Positions 1 through 11,939 of a stretch of DNA of 64,000 bases are shown one piece after another (the first letter of the stretch is position 1; each line of letters starts with the position of its first letter). A model generated the notes under the pieces. It did no database searches. It saw only the letters and a list, made by a program, of their open reading frames with translations, and was not told the origin of the DNA. The position numbers were made by a program, and so were the translations under genes. The stretch lies in the NCBI RefSeq assembly GCF_009834535.1, contig NC_045697.1:1862001-1926000 (forward strand). Direction: 5' to 3'. This stretch comes from Camelus ferus. Its lineage: Eukaryota.

Positions 1-1847
1 GTCAGGAAGAGACCCGCCTGTCCCAGTTCAAGTTGGTCTTGCAGGCACTTGAATGAGTTGTGGTTGCCAAGTTAGTAGTGAACCATTTAGAGGGTTATTA
101 TTCACAAGAGAGAAATAATAAAATTGCCTTAACTATTAGAAAGAGTTGACTGGAGTTTATTACCTGTCTGCAGTTGGAAATAAAATGACGTATTGCCGAG
201 GGAGAGGTTAATTGCCGGGGGCGAATGCTGTGCGTTGCACGAGTGTTGTAGTCCGGCTTGCCAGAACACGGGTGTCTGCGGACCCCGGAGACGGCTCCTG
301 TTGCTCGCGTCCCGGTACTGTTTGGAAGCTAGAGGTCTCTGTTGTTTGTGCCAGGGAAAATTTTTGAAACAGGAAAAGAGAGACCATTAGTAGCACCTCC
401 TAACAGGCCCCAGGACTTTCCCCTGAAGTCTTGTGTGCTGAGTGTTCAGCAGAGTTTAGGGTGTGCTGCTGCAGTTCGGCCTTTCTGGCCTCGGGCTTTT
501 TAGTTCTGATCTGCATTTGTCCAGCACGGCATTTAGTGAGGACAGTTTTCAAGGCGCAGTCCCTTTAAGAAGCTCACTCTGTTAAGACTGAGTCACTTTT
601 AGTCATGTTTTCTTCTCTCTGTTTCTGATATGATCCTTGCTGTGTCCTGAGAGTTTAATTAGAAAATGAGTATTTGGGGAGTGATGTCTTATCTGTTGGA
701 ACAAAATTTAGAAGTTTTGTCTTCTAAAAGGTGAAAAATCTGGATACTTAGAGAAAAATGTGTATTTTTAAATAACCCATTCCAGACTTACCGGGTAGTG
801 CTTCTTCAGGAGGTAGAGGTCACGGAAGGTCACATATTGTGTGGATCTTGTGTAAACGTGGGAAGCGCTGTGCAGGGCTCTGAGCAGGAGGGAAGGGCTT
901 ACTGCTGTCCCTGTCTGCTTGTTCAGACACCTGGTCAGTCTAAAAACGTGTCTGCTCTTTCTTATGCTGATTTGACAGAAACTGAATTTGCTTATCCTCT
1001 TCAAAATATGGATATAAAGAGGGTTCCTTCTAAAGCCGGCTTGACAAAGTAGATAGATTTTGTTTCATTACTTTATTTGAAGGAAATGTATGATTGACTT
1101 GCTTTTGAAATCTAAATTATTATTTTTGCACAAATAATACATTAGCTTGGTACAAATTCCAAAATTACGAAGAGGTGATTAAATTGTCTCCGTCCCACTC
1201 CCTGCTCTTGAGTACCTACCTCCATTCCCAGAGGCAAGCACTGTGACACTTCCTCCTCATGCACCCTACCAGATACAACCTGTGTATACATGAAGATAGA
1301 TATTAAATTTTTTAAAAACAAAAGTACTTCAGAATAATAACTTTGAAGTTTTCTTAGCATGCTCTGAAATCAACTGCTTTGGGCTTAATTATAGTTATTT
1401 TAAATAAAGTGCATAAATATCATATTTTTATGTACTTTGCTGTTGAAAAAGCAGATATTCGTTAATTTTGAGTAACAAACTCAGTGGTTACACATTTGGA
1501 TCTTGGCATTTCTGTTCAGATGCTTCAGCTGAAAAATCCATCCCTCACAGTAAGATTGGCCAAAAGCAGTTAAAAGCAACTGTTCTGTTTTTATGGCCCT
1601 TGCTCTCTGTGGAACTGTAGTGTCACCAGCCACACGTGAACTTCAGTTGAAGGATCTGAGTACCACTCTCTGCTCAGCATGTGGCAGGCAGGGGTTTTGG
1701 GTGGGAGTGGCTGCAGTCTCAGCCAGGCTGGCGTGCAGGGGGTGCCAGAGCTTGGGAGGGTCCTAACTGTAATTGTGAGGCAGGTGACATTGGCATTGAG
1801 CACTTTCTCTTTCTCCTTCAGACTCCCACCTAGTTTTTCCCTGGCTT

Positions 1848-2590
1848 TATTTATTCATCAGTAAATATTTGCTGAACATCTAATGTGTGTGCCAGCCCCT
1901 ATCCTAATAGATGCAGGGCTATGAAATGATGTTTTACTGAGGAACGTGGACCATAAACAGGGTGGATAAGTAAATATACGGTGTGTTAGACAGTGACAAA
2001 TGGAGGAGGAACTGCAAAGCAGGGACGGGGACTAGGGAATGTTAGGGTTAATAAGCTGCTGGCGTTTTGGATAAGGAAGGCCCAGGGCAGGTGCACTGAG
2101 ATGGTGGCTTTTGAGTACCTGCCAGTAGAGAGTCAGGGTGGCTGTAAAGGCGTATGGAGGAGGGGAGTCCCAGGCAGGGGAACAGGTCAAGCCCCCCTGT
2201 TTGAGGACTAGCCAGGAGGTCAGTTTGGCCAGTTGAGTTAGGGACAGGGAGACCTAGGAGGAGGCGAGATCAGGAGGCCCTTGGCTCAGGGTGGATAGAG
2301 ATGTTGGCATTTATTCTGTGTGAGGCGGGAAGTCGTTGGAGTCTGGTCAGAGGAGTGGCAGGACCTGAGTTGCCTTTTCAGATGAACACTGGCTGAGAAC
2401 AGACTGCAGGGAATCTCGAGCAGGAGCCGGAAGCCAGTTGGGAACCTACCAACGCCACTGGGTAAGAGGTGAGGGTGGATTGTGTCAGGACGCTGGTGGT
2501 GGCATGGTGGTGGCACGGTGGCAGAAGTAACTGAATTTTGAAGGTGGGACCAGTAGGGCTTGTTCACCTCTGTCTGCTAAGTATAATAAC
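1848..2590 (-). mobile_element. LINE-2 remnant (3' end)
   Basis: Begins with a typical L2 tail (ttcatcagtaaatatttgctgaacatctaatgtgtgtgccag) followed by purine-rich degenerate L2 body; edges approximate. Confidence 0.65.
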
Positions 2591-2854
2591 GTAATGTCTC
2601 CATTGTTGGTGTTACCAGTTAGGGTTCTATTCTGCTGCAGATAACAGAAAAGTGCTGCGGTGAGGTAAACAGGCCAGAGTGTATTCCAGGGCGGAATTAG
2701 TGTCTGAGGAAGCCCAGCAGTGACTAGGGCCCCGCCCTCTTTCTTTTGCTTGATGTGTAAGTGTCCTCGTCCTTTCCCGTTTGCGTTACTTGTCTGTTTG
2801 CTGTTGGACTGTGACTCCCCTTCCTGACCTAGGTGCTGGCCCTTCTCAGACACA

Positions 2855-3570
2855 CGGTTTGTGAACAGATACTCCCTCTCTGTGGGCTACCTCTTCTTTC
2901 CCTTTTTTCCTTTTCCCTCCTCATTTTTCGGTGGTGTCCTTTGAAGCACAGAGGTTTTTAATTTTGATGAAATCCAGTTTTCTCTTTTGTCTCTGATTGT
3001 TGTGCTTTAGGTGTTATCTAAGAAATTGTGCCTAATTCAAGGTCACAGAGATTTGTTACTCCTATGTTTTCTTCTAAGAACTTCATAGTTTTAGCTCTTT
3101 AGGGCTTTGATCCATTTTGAGTTAATTTTTATCTTATGGTGTTAGGTAAGGGTCCGACTTCATTCTTTTGCATGTGGATTATCCAATTGTTTTAGCGCCG
3201 CTAGTTGCAAAGACTGTTCTTTCCCCATTGAATTGTCTTAGCAGCTTTGTTGAAAATTAACAGTCCGTAAAGTGTATGGTTTTACCTCTGGACTCTTAAT
3301 TCTATCCCATGGGTCTGCCAGTCCTCTACAGTCTTGACTACTGTCGTTTTGTGTCACAATTTCAAATCATGAACTGTGAGTCCTCCAACTTTATTCTTTT
3401 TCGGGATGGTGTTGGCTGTTCTGGACCCCTTGCATCTCCATATGAATTGTAAGATCATATTGTTGGTTACTACAGAGAAGCCAGCTGGGATTCTCTTGAC
3501 AGGTCACACTGAACGTGCAGATCATTTTGGGGAGTACTGGCATCTTCACATTAAGTCTTCTGACCCATGA
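2855..3570 (-). mobile_element. Old L1 (L1M-type) ORF2 fragment
   Basis: Recognisable antisense L1 motifs (ttttaattttgatgaaatccagttt, tgatccattttgagttaattttt, cttcattcttttgcatgtggat). Confidence 0.8.
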
Positions 3571-3571
3571 A

Positions 3572-3880
3572 TGTTGGCAAACTCTTTTATGTAGATGGTC
3601 AGGTGGTAAATGTCTCGGACTTTGAAGGACAACTGTCGCTACAGCAGCTGCTCAGCTCTGCCATTGTAGGCAAAAAGCAGCCAGGAGCACTATGTAAATG
3701 AGTGAAGGTGCCTCCGTTCCAGTACAGTTCTATGAATGACACTGAAATTTGAATTGCATACAATTTTCACATGTCATAAAATATTCTTTAATTTTTTTTT
3801 TTTTGGTCAACCATTAAAAAATGTAAAAACATTTCTTAGACTGGTCAAAACAGGCGGGCCTGGTTTGCCCACTGCTGGAT
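3572..3880. mobile_element. MER58B-like hAT-Charlie MITE
   Basis: gttggcaaact...ctcagctctgccattgtag...gacactgaaatttgaattgcatacaattttcac...gtttgcccactgctg. Confidence 0.7.
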
Positions 3881-4532
3881 TAGATACTGTAGGACCGCTT
3901 TTGTGAAGGATTTCTTTTTTAGTTGCTTGCCTTTTATTAACTAGTTTAAAAAATTATGAAAGTTACGCATGTACCTCATAACAACATCTTCACATAGTAC
4001 AGAAGATACAAAAACAAAGCCTTCCTCCCAGGCTGTCCTAGTCTCATTTTCTAAAAATTACAACTGTTAAGCTTCTTTTGTCTTCTCTGATTTTTTAATG
4101 CATATGCCAGCTTTTAAATGTATCCTTTTTTTTTTGTTTGCATGACCGAGATCATATTTTTTCACTTAGCAGTATATCAAAGACACAGCGGTACATATAA
4201 TTCTTTTCAAGTGCTCTGTAGTATTGTCGTTTCTCTTTAAAAGGGGACTTACGGAGATGTGCAGGCAGAGGTCTCGCACTGTCCTGGCTTTCACACTGGG
4301 CTGTTGATAGTTTCTCTCCACCTTAAGAGGCCCTGCCCCGTTACCTTTGGTCCCTGCAAGTGAGCCAAGCATGGGGTAAGCTACCTTGGAATGGACTCAA
4401 GACATTTAGTCTAATTCAGACAACAGGAAGGAAAAATAAAACCCAGTATAAGATACTATCTAGCACTGTGTTAAGTGGAACCAGCTCGGGTGCCAGAGAC
4501 AATATGAATTAGAGACAAGATATGTTGTAGAT

Positions 4533-4700
4533 CCTTGCTGCTCAGAGTGTGGTCTCAGGGCCAGCATTTTACTGTCACTTGCGAGCTTATTAGAAGTACA
4601 GAATCACTGCCGGACCTTAGACCTACTGAATCAGAGCCTGCATTTTAACAAGATTTGTGAGCAATTTATGTGCACACCAAGGCTTGGGAAGCTCCACTGT
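4533..4700. mobile_element. MER5A-like hAT-Charlie MITE
   Basis: gctgctcagagtgtggtc...agacctactgaatcagagcctgcattttaacaagat. Confidence 0.75.
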
Positions 4701-5344
4701 AGACGATCAGGCCTTTGTTGTTGTTCATAATGCTGCCAGCACGTGGGAGGGAGGATGCAGGTTGCTTACATATGTCCAGGAGGAGCTGAGGCAGTGTCAT
4801 TTCTCTGTCCGAGGGTCCCAGAGCCTTTGTGTGGCTGTACAGTTGGTTGTAACCCTGACAAGCTAGCTGCGGTGGGCGCTGAGAGCTCCAGCTACTGGGA
4901 GTGGGGATACACGTGGGGCTGGACTAGAAGACCAGTAGCATCCCCTTCAGCCGGTGTGCCCAGGCCTGTTCTGGGCCTCGGGGTTACAGCAGCCAGCAAG
5001 GCCGGGGTGCTGTGTGCTGTGGAGGAAAGCAGAGCTGAATGAAGGGGGGAGGGGCTGTGTGGTTTACTTAGGGGGTGACCCTGGAGCAGAGGGAGGGAGC
5101 AAGCAGAGTGCGTGTCTGGAGGAGGAGGGATCCAGGCGGAGGGAGCAAGGAGGAGTGCCTTCCAACTGCAGGAGTGGTGTGGAGGCCAGGGGCTGAAGCG
5201 GAATGAAGGGCCGAAGTAGGAGGTGGAGGCAACCGTGCGGGGCCTTGGACCCCAATATAAGGGCTTTGGATTTTTCAATGAGCAGATGCATGCTTGTGTA
5301 GTAAAACAAGTGGTGTGACTTAGGATCCTAAAAGATTACTTTGC

Positions 5345-6180
5345 CAACACCAAGTGCTGGTGCAGGTGAAACTGGGTCACTTAATCATTGCTGGTTATAA
5401 AAAGGACTATAAAATGGACAGCTACTCTGGAAAACAGTTGCAGTTTCTTCTGAACTGAACGTACAATTACTCTGACCTGGCACGTGCACTCCTGGGTATT
5501 CATCCCAGAGAAAGAGAAACTTATGTTAACAAGAAAACCTATACACGGTGTATGCAGCAGCTTTATTCATAACAGCCCCAGATAGAAGCAGCTTAAATGT
5601 CCTTCAGCAGGTGAATGGTTAAGCTACTCAGCAATAAAAAGGAACAGAATCCAGATAGTGTGTGCAACAGCTTAGATGAATCTTGAGGAACTTATGCTAG
5701 TGAAAACCGCCAATCCCAGAAGGTTACATACTGGATGGTTCTGTTTATGTAATATTTTTGAAATGACACAGTTTTAGGAGTGGAGAATAGATGAGTGGCT
5801 GCTAGGGTGCTGGGTGGGGGGAAGGAGTGGAGGGAGTTGGGAGGGAGGTGGGTGTGGTTCTGAGAGCAGCTCAGGGGGTCCGCGGCGTGATGGCAGTGTT
5901 CCTTATCTTGACCGTGGTGGTGGATTCAGAAACTTACACATCTGATAAAATTGTGTAGAACAAAATACACACATCCACACAAGTGAGTAAAAGTAAAACT
6001 GAAAGTCTAAAGATCAGTGGATTGTGTCAGTGTCAGTGTTCTGCCTGTGACATTTTACTAGTTTTGCAGAATGTTACCATGGGGGGAAACTGGGTAAAGT
6101 GTACACTGGATTTCTTTCATTTCTTATAACTGCATGTAAATCTACAATTAACTCAATAAAGATTTCAGTTAACAAAAAAG
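5345..6180 (+). mobile_element. L1MC/MD-like 3' fragment in sense orientation, inserted into an L2 remnant (about 5200-5340 and 6180-6390)
   Basis: gcactcctgggtattcatcccagaga...gttaccatggggggaaactgggtaaag...ctcaataaa followed by an A-rich tail; L2-like sequence on both sides. Confidence 0.8.
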
Positions 6181-6389
6181 GCCACCCTGGTGGACGGGGA
6201 GCAGGAGGGAAAGAGGCTGTGAAAATAAAGCTGATTTGAAGTAATCAAATCAGTGGGGAGGCTCCTGAAATGATCAAAGCTGGAGGTGCTGGCAGCTTGT
6301 GCCCAGACTCATATCGGCAGTGAGGTGGCAAGAAGTGGTCAGGTTCCTTCCGCCTGGGAAGAAGAGCTGTCAGGATTTGCAGACAGATT

Positions 6390-6690
6390 TTTTAAAAAAT
6401 CGAGATTGTGATTTTTGTATCATAAAATTCATCATTTCAAAATGTACAATTTGGTGATTCTCAGTATATTCACAAGGTTCTGTAAGCATCACTACTGTCT
6501 AATTTCTGGAGCATTTCACCCCCCTGGAAAAGAAGCCTCCTCCCGATTAGCGGTCACGCCCCGTTTTCCCTTTCCCAGCCCCCGGCAACCGCTGATCTGT
6601 TTCTGTCTCTGGATTTGCCTGTTCTGGACATTTTTTACAGCCAGAATCACACAGCATGGGGGCTTTGGTGTGAGGCTTCGTTCACGGAGC
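6390..6690 (-). mobile_element. L1MB-like 3' end fragment
   Basis: cataaaattcatcatttcaaaatgtacaatt...cccagcccccggcaaccgctgatctgtttctgtctctggatttgcctgttctggacat. Confidence 0.75.
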
Positions 6691-8121
6691 ATAACAGACT
6701 GGATTTTGACTTGCACCTTCGTTGCTGGTAGTTGTTACCGTCTTCAGTTAAATCACCAGAAGAAGGCGTTAACAGCCCTTTGCCGAAGACCGTGAGGTGG
6801 GAGATCTTGGGCCTTGGTTCCCCTAATCAGACAGTACTTTTATTTTAAAATTATGTACGAAATATAATTCCAAAATGACTTTTGGTGTCTCTTTCCTTCT
6901 TAGAAAATAATCTCTCTGACAGAGTCCTAATTTTCCAGGGACACTCTCACATTGGTGCTACACTTGGCAACAGTTAAGGAGCCGCTGGTGTGGAATCAGA
7001 AGACCTGGATCCCTGCCCAGCCACCTACTGCCTTGCTCCTGCAGGCAGGCAGTCTCTGGCTCTTGGTTCTGCTCCCTGGGGTGGGGTGGGGGCTGGGCAC
7101 CGACTTGAAATGTGGACGTGAGAGGACATGTGAGGACGAACAGCCAGACGAGCACAAGATGAGTGATTGTTTTCCGTTCCTTGGGTAGTCCAGGGCCCAG
7201 CTTGCACAACCTCAACCTGGAATCAGATTTCTCATGTGTAATCTTAAAATAACAATTCTAAAAGCAAGAATTTAGATGACAGGGCCTGAATTCCCATGTT
7301 CAGAGTTAGTTCCTTGGTAAGCATGTTCATGTGATTGTAGTATGCTGTGGAGTCCTTGATTCTTGTATTTCCCTCCTTGCAAGTGCGTCTTTATGTATGG
7401 ATTGCTTCTTTGCACAGTTAGAGGGGCTGACTGAGGTTTGTTTTCATTTTAAAGGTAGATTTAAAATGACTACGTTTACCAAAAACAGTTGAAGGGTCAG
7501 GACTGTTCTTACCCGGTTTGTGCAGCACTCACCCTGTTCAGCCAGTCCCTGCCCAGAAGGTTCCGTTTTCACATCGATCTCCAGACTTACTCTTTACGTA
7601 GAACAAGTCAGTCAGACATATCAGTTCATCAGTCTAATTAAACTCCACGGGAGAATGAGATCGTTGTAGTTTGCTTTAACTTCTGGGTTCGTGTATTGGA
7701 CCAAATAAGATGAGAAGGCGGGATCTTAGGCAGGGACTGTGGAATGTGCAAGAACTGAGTCTGAAGATGCACGGCCAGAATGACTGTGCTGCCCTGCAGG
7801 TTTGCATGCTGACCAGGGATAGAGGCTGGAACGTATGTAGCCTGAGGCCAGATTGTACTGGGCCTGCACCAGGTGGGAGTGCTTGTTACTTTTGCTGATA
7901 AAACTACCTTGCTGCCCTGATAACCTCTCAGTGGGTGGCGCTGGAAGGATTGTTTTTTTCATTTACTGATATTTTTGCTTAATGTCTTTTTGTTGGGGTG
8001 TCTGAGGGTAAAGTCTGACCCTCACACTTTAAAATGTGGGTATGCTTCAGTGTGATAGAAGAGGAGATTTTATAAGATTTTGGTTACACTTGCCTGACTT
8101 TTTAAACTGGTATTTTAAAAA

Positions 8122-8212
8122 TTTTTCCCTAGACGGAGGTACTGGGGACTGAACCCAGGACCTCATGCGTGCCAAGTGTGTGCTCGACCACTGAGCTGTA
8201 CCCCTCAACCCC
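8122..8212 (-). mobile_element. tRNA-Ala-derived SINE (camelid vic-1-like)
   Basis: Reverse complement GGGGTTGAGGGGTACAGCTCAGTGGTCGAG...GAGGTCCTGGGTTCAGTCCCCAGTACCTCC has A and B boxes; degenerate TSD taaactggtatttt / taaactaatatttt. Confidence 0.8.
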
Positions 8213-8901
8213 TAAACTAATATTTTTAGAGTTTGGCTGTGACGTAGTAAGATTTTGTAGTTCTTTAATGATAATATGTTAATTACACACTTTTAACCAT
8301 GTTCGGAATAAAAGTGGATTTAAGAAAAAAAGGAGCAAAATCAAAGTATTTTGGTAGCCATCATGCTTCTCACTCAGAATAGGTACTTAGTAGTTATTTG
8401 AATTTTAATAGTAAGACTAGTAACTGTTGAAGACTGACTCTGTCAGCCTGAAGAATCTTATGATTTGGGGGTTATCTACTGAGTGTGGTTAAGTTTAAAT
8501 ATACTATGGCAGATTTTTTTTTCCCTCGAAAGTGTTTGGATTGCTGGAAAATGATTGTGGATGAATTAGGAAGAAAAATATAAAACATACGCTTTCTTCG
8601 TAGCTGATGGTGATAGGAAGCGCACAGCCCTCTTTCTGGCAGGAGGGTCGTGACAGTCAGGGTCCTCAGGAGCCTGCGGCACTGGTGTCTCGGCTGCAGC
8701 CAGAGAACCCAGGGCTGCGGCTCGGGCTCCGTGTGGTGCCTGGGTTCAAGCCTGTGGGGTTGCTCCACGATTTCTGTCCTTTTTAAGCTTTGCTGTTTCT
8801 ACTTTTCTTTCCATCTCTTGGTTCTAGAAACTCATGTTTAAAGTAATTGTCATTTATCTTCTGAATCCTACTTGTAAGACTGACTCAAGAACTTTAGAGT
8901 T

Positions 8902-8989
8902 GGGGGAGGGTATAGCTCGGTAGAGCGTGTGCTTAGCATGCACGAGGTCTTGGGTTCAAGCCCCAGTACTGCCATTTGAAAAAAAAAAA
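8902..8989 (+). mobile_element. tRNA-Ala-derived SINE (camelid vic-1-like)
   Basis: gggggagggtatagctcggtagagcgtgtgcttagcatgcacgaggtcttgggttcaagccccagtactgcca plus A tail; TSD aagaacttt(a)gagt on both sides. Confidence 0.85.
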
Positions 8990-10504
8990 GAACTTTGAGT
9001 CAGTGTCAATGTGTATTTAACCTGCCCTCCTAGAGAAAACACTTACTTATCCACTCCTTTGTTACCGGCCCACGAAACACCTCCCCAGTGTAGATGTGCT
9101 GAGTGCTGGTGGCAGAGGCACTGTACGGTCCTTCCTGTTTGTCCATCACCCCTCGGAAGGTAATTACAGGAACAGTTACTACCAAAGAGCGTGGTTGGGG
9201 CGATCAGGGCCTGGGGTAGTGTCCTGGGTGAGTAAGGCAGGCCTTCCCCCACCAGGAGCACAGAGGAGGAGCTGGACCCAAGCAGACAACGGAAGAAGGT
9301 GTTTTTATTTTACTGGGTGAGATCAGTGTTCTGTCTTTGACTTTTTGCTAGTTCATAAACTTCTGCTCAAGTCCTGGCATGGGGAACAGCACATGCAGGT
9401 CTTAATGAAATGAGGCAGCAGGTCTAGAGAGCTGTGTTGTCATTGTCATTGTCATTGTTAACTGTATTCCTTTCTTTTACTCCACACCTGAGGAGAGAGA
9501 CAGTTCTTTTTAAAACTCACGTTTGTATTTCTTACTTCTTAAAAGATAGATGAGTGTTCCGTGGGCCTAGCCAGTTCTCCATCAGGCACATGGGTAACTT
9601 GTGTGCAGCCATTAACTTTTACTCTTTTTTGGTGCCCTGGTGGCTCTACTGGGAAATCTACACCTGGAAACCCTGCATGGTCATCTGTAACCACGGAAAT
9701 GGTTGGCATGTTGACATTCTGCTTGTGTCAGCGCGTGGCGCTGTCTTACCAAGTCCAGGCAGCATTTTGTGCTTCGTACCTGCTGCGATAATGCAGCCTG
9801 AGGGGTCCTTGGGCGTCCCTCCCTCTCTGGCCCGTGGCAGCCCCCGGCACTCAGCACAGCAGTCTGTCTTCCGAGTGCAGGTGAGGCCTCAAAGTGCTCT
9901 CCAGGCTGTGCCCTGGGTGGCCATGACCAACTGGTCAGGACTGGCTCCTCAGAGACCCCTGGGTGCCACTCATACAGCTGAGCCCCTTCAGTCACAGTTG
10001 AAAAATGCAGACTCAGGGTGCAGGCACTTGCCGTGAATCACATGCCCACCACCTTTCGGGTTGGGAGGTGGAGGTTCTGCTTAGATTCTGAGTGCTGAGA
10101 ATCTGAGGTCGTGAATGCTTCTACTCTGACCTCCATTAAGTTGTGAGGTCCACTTAGTTGAGTGTTTGTCGAACTTTTTCTGATCACCTCTCCCCTAGGA
10201 ATCGGTGTAGAGCCCAATGTGAGAGGCTGCCTATGGAGGGACCACTGTCTACGTAGCTAGAAGTCTGGGTGTTTGAATTCAGTTCGCTTAAGGCCTTGGC
10301 AGATTTTCATTTTGGAAATCAAAGGGTAATGGATAAGTGAGTTGGTTTGCTTTCTAAAATGCTTAAAGTGGTCAGTGTTCTTTAATTTTCTCGATGGCTG
10401 TCTTAAATTAGGTAAACTCTAAGCTGCTGTAATGGAAACTCCTTAATGTGGCGGTTCAAAGAAGAGAGTATTTAAATTCTCACAGCACTTTCTCCTTCCT
10501 CCTT

Positions 10505-10915
10505 TAAATTGAGGTGTAATTTATACATAATGAAATGTGCCCTTGTTAGTGTACAGAGCTAAGTTTTGACAGATGCGTAAAGCTGTGTAACTCCTGCCAC
10601 ACTCAAGATTCAGAACAGCTCCATCACCTCCAGAGGCTTCCCCCCCACCCCATGCCCCTTTGTTGTCAGGCTCCCCTGGCCCCCAGCCTGGCCCTGGAAA
10701 TGGCTGACCACTTTGCGTCCCTGCAGGACGTGGAGTGACCGGAACTGCGTGCAGCCTTGCGGCTGTGCGCTGAGGTCCGTCCGTGTGTGCGTCGATGGTT
10801 TGCTGCTTTTCACTGCCGGGCAGTGTTCCACTGTTTGGCTGTGGTGGTTTGTTTATCCACCCACCGGGTGCAGGATGTTTGGGTGTTTCATAGCGCTTTT
10901 GAAGTGGGTAACTTG
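10505..10915 (-). mobile_element. L1MB/ME-like 3' end fragment
   Basis: aattgaggtgtaatttatacataatgaaatgtgccc...tcaagattcagaacagctccatcacctccaga; accounts for the spurious 201-aa ORF. Confidence 0.7.
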
Positions 10916-11832
10916 GGGGGCAGGTGGGGGTCACTTGGGGTCCAGGTTCCTTCCATCCTGTTGCTCTGCAGCCTTCTATTGTCTTTATCTGTAGAATCAA
11001 AAACTGGGTGTTAGGGCTGTTTGTTCCAATTGGAGGGAACTGAAAGGGGAGATGCCCAGGGCAAGCCAGCCAGGCGGAAGCTCCTTCTGCTACTTCCCAT
11101 CCCACTTCCTCTGAGAACGGAGTCACGTGTCTGTCCCTGGCTGCAGGGAGGCTTGGCAGTGGAACTTCCAGCTGGAGCCACGTGTCGAGAGAGGGAAGCC
11201 TGGCATTTTGATGGATGACTAGCAGTCTTCAGTGTGGCTTCTCAGGATAAGTCTCTCTCAGGAAAGTGGGAAACACGCAGCCACCAGTCCTCACGGGGTG
11301 AACTTCTACTGGGCAGTCGTCAGGCGCCCTTCCGCAAGCAGCTCTCATTCAGGCCCCACCTGTCCTTCCCTTGGGCCCCTGACTTTCCCCCTTGGAGGCT
11401 CTTCCTTGTCTGCTTTCTTCCCCGGACACATCTGAGGTGCCTTTTGGAGGGTGTGTCTTTATTGGATTTGCACAGTTGTAAGAGCCTGTTTCTTCAGATG
11501 TACTTTTTGGAGCCTGAAGGTAGCATTAGGGATAAATTAAATAGTCACTGGTGTTTGTACGTTAGTTTTCTTTCCCCCCTTAGGTAATAGAATGCTCTCA
11601 AAAACTTAACAGTCTTCTGGTTTCCGTGTTTCTAGTTAGTACAACGCACTGGTGACTTTCACACTCAAATTCTTTTCTGGATGCAGTTCTTAAGTTTGCT
11701 TTATTTTTGGCTTCCTCTTTGGATTGTCCCTTTCTCCCTTTTTTCTGTGGCTCCTTGAAGGCGTCTGGAGCTGTGGGTGTGGGCGGGGTGTGGGCAGCTT
11801 TAACATCTCCTGCCTTGTTTTTATTAAGCAGG

Positions 11833-11908
11833 TTTTTTTTTTAATTGAAGTATAGTTGATTTACAATGTTTCTGGCATACAGCAAAGTGATTCAGTTTTA
11901 TGTGTGTC

Positions 11909-11939
<31 letters not shown>

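Noticed and set aside
8902..8974. Functional tRNA-Ala gene
   Set aside because: It has an A tail and TSD, an extended G-rich 5' end and a shortened D-arm region, so it is a SINE; the copy at 8122-8212 is likewise degenerate.
9436..9460. (TTGTCA)n short repeat
   Set aside because: Only three to four copies; an ordinary microsatellite with no further support.
10521..11126. 201-aa minus-strand ORF
   Set aside because: Largely overlaps a decayed L1 3' fragment and has no protein-like features.
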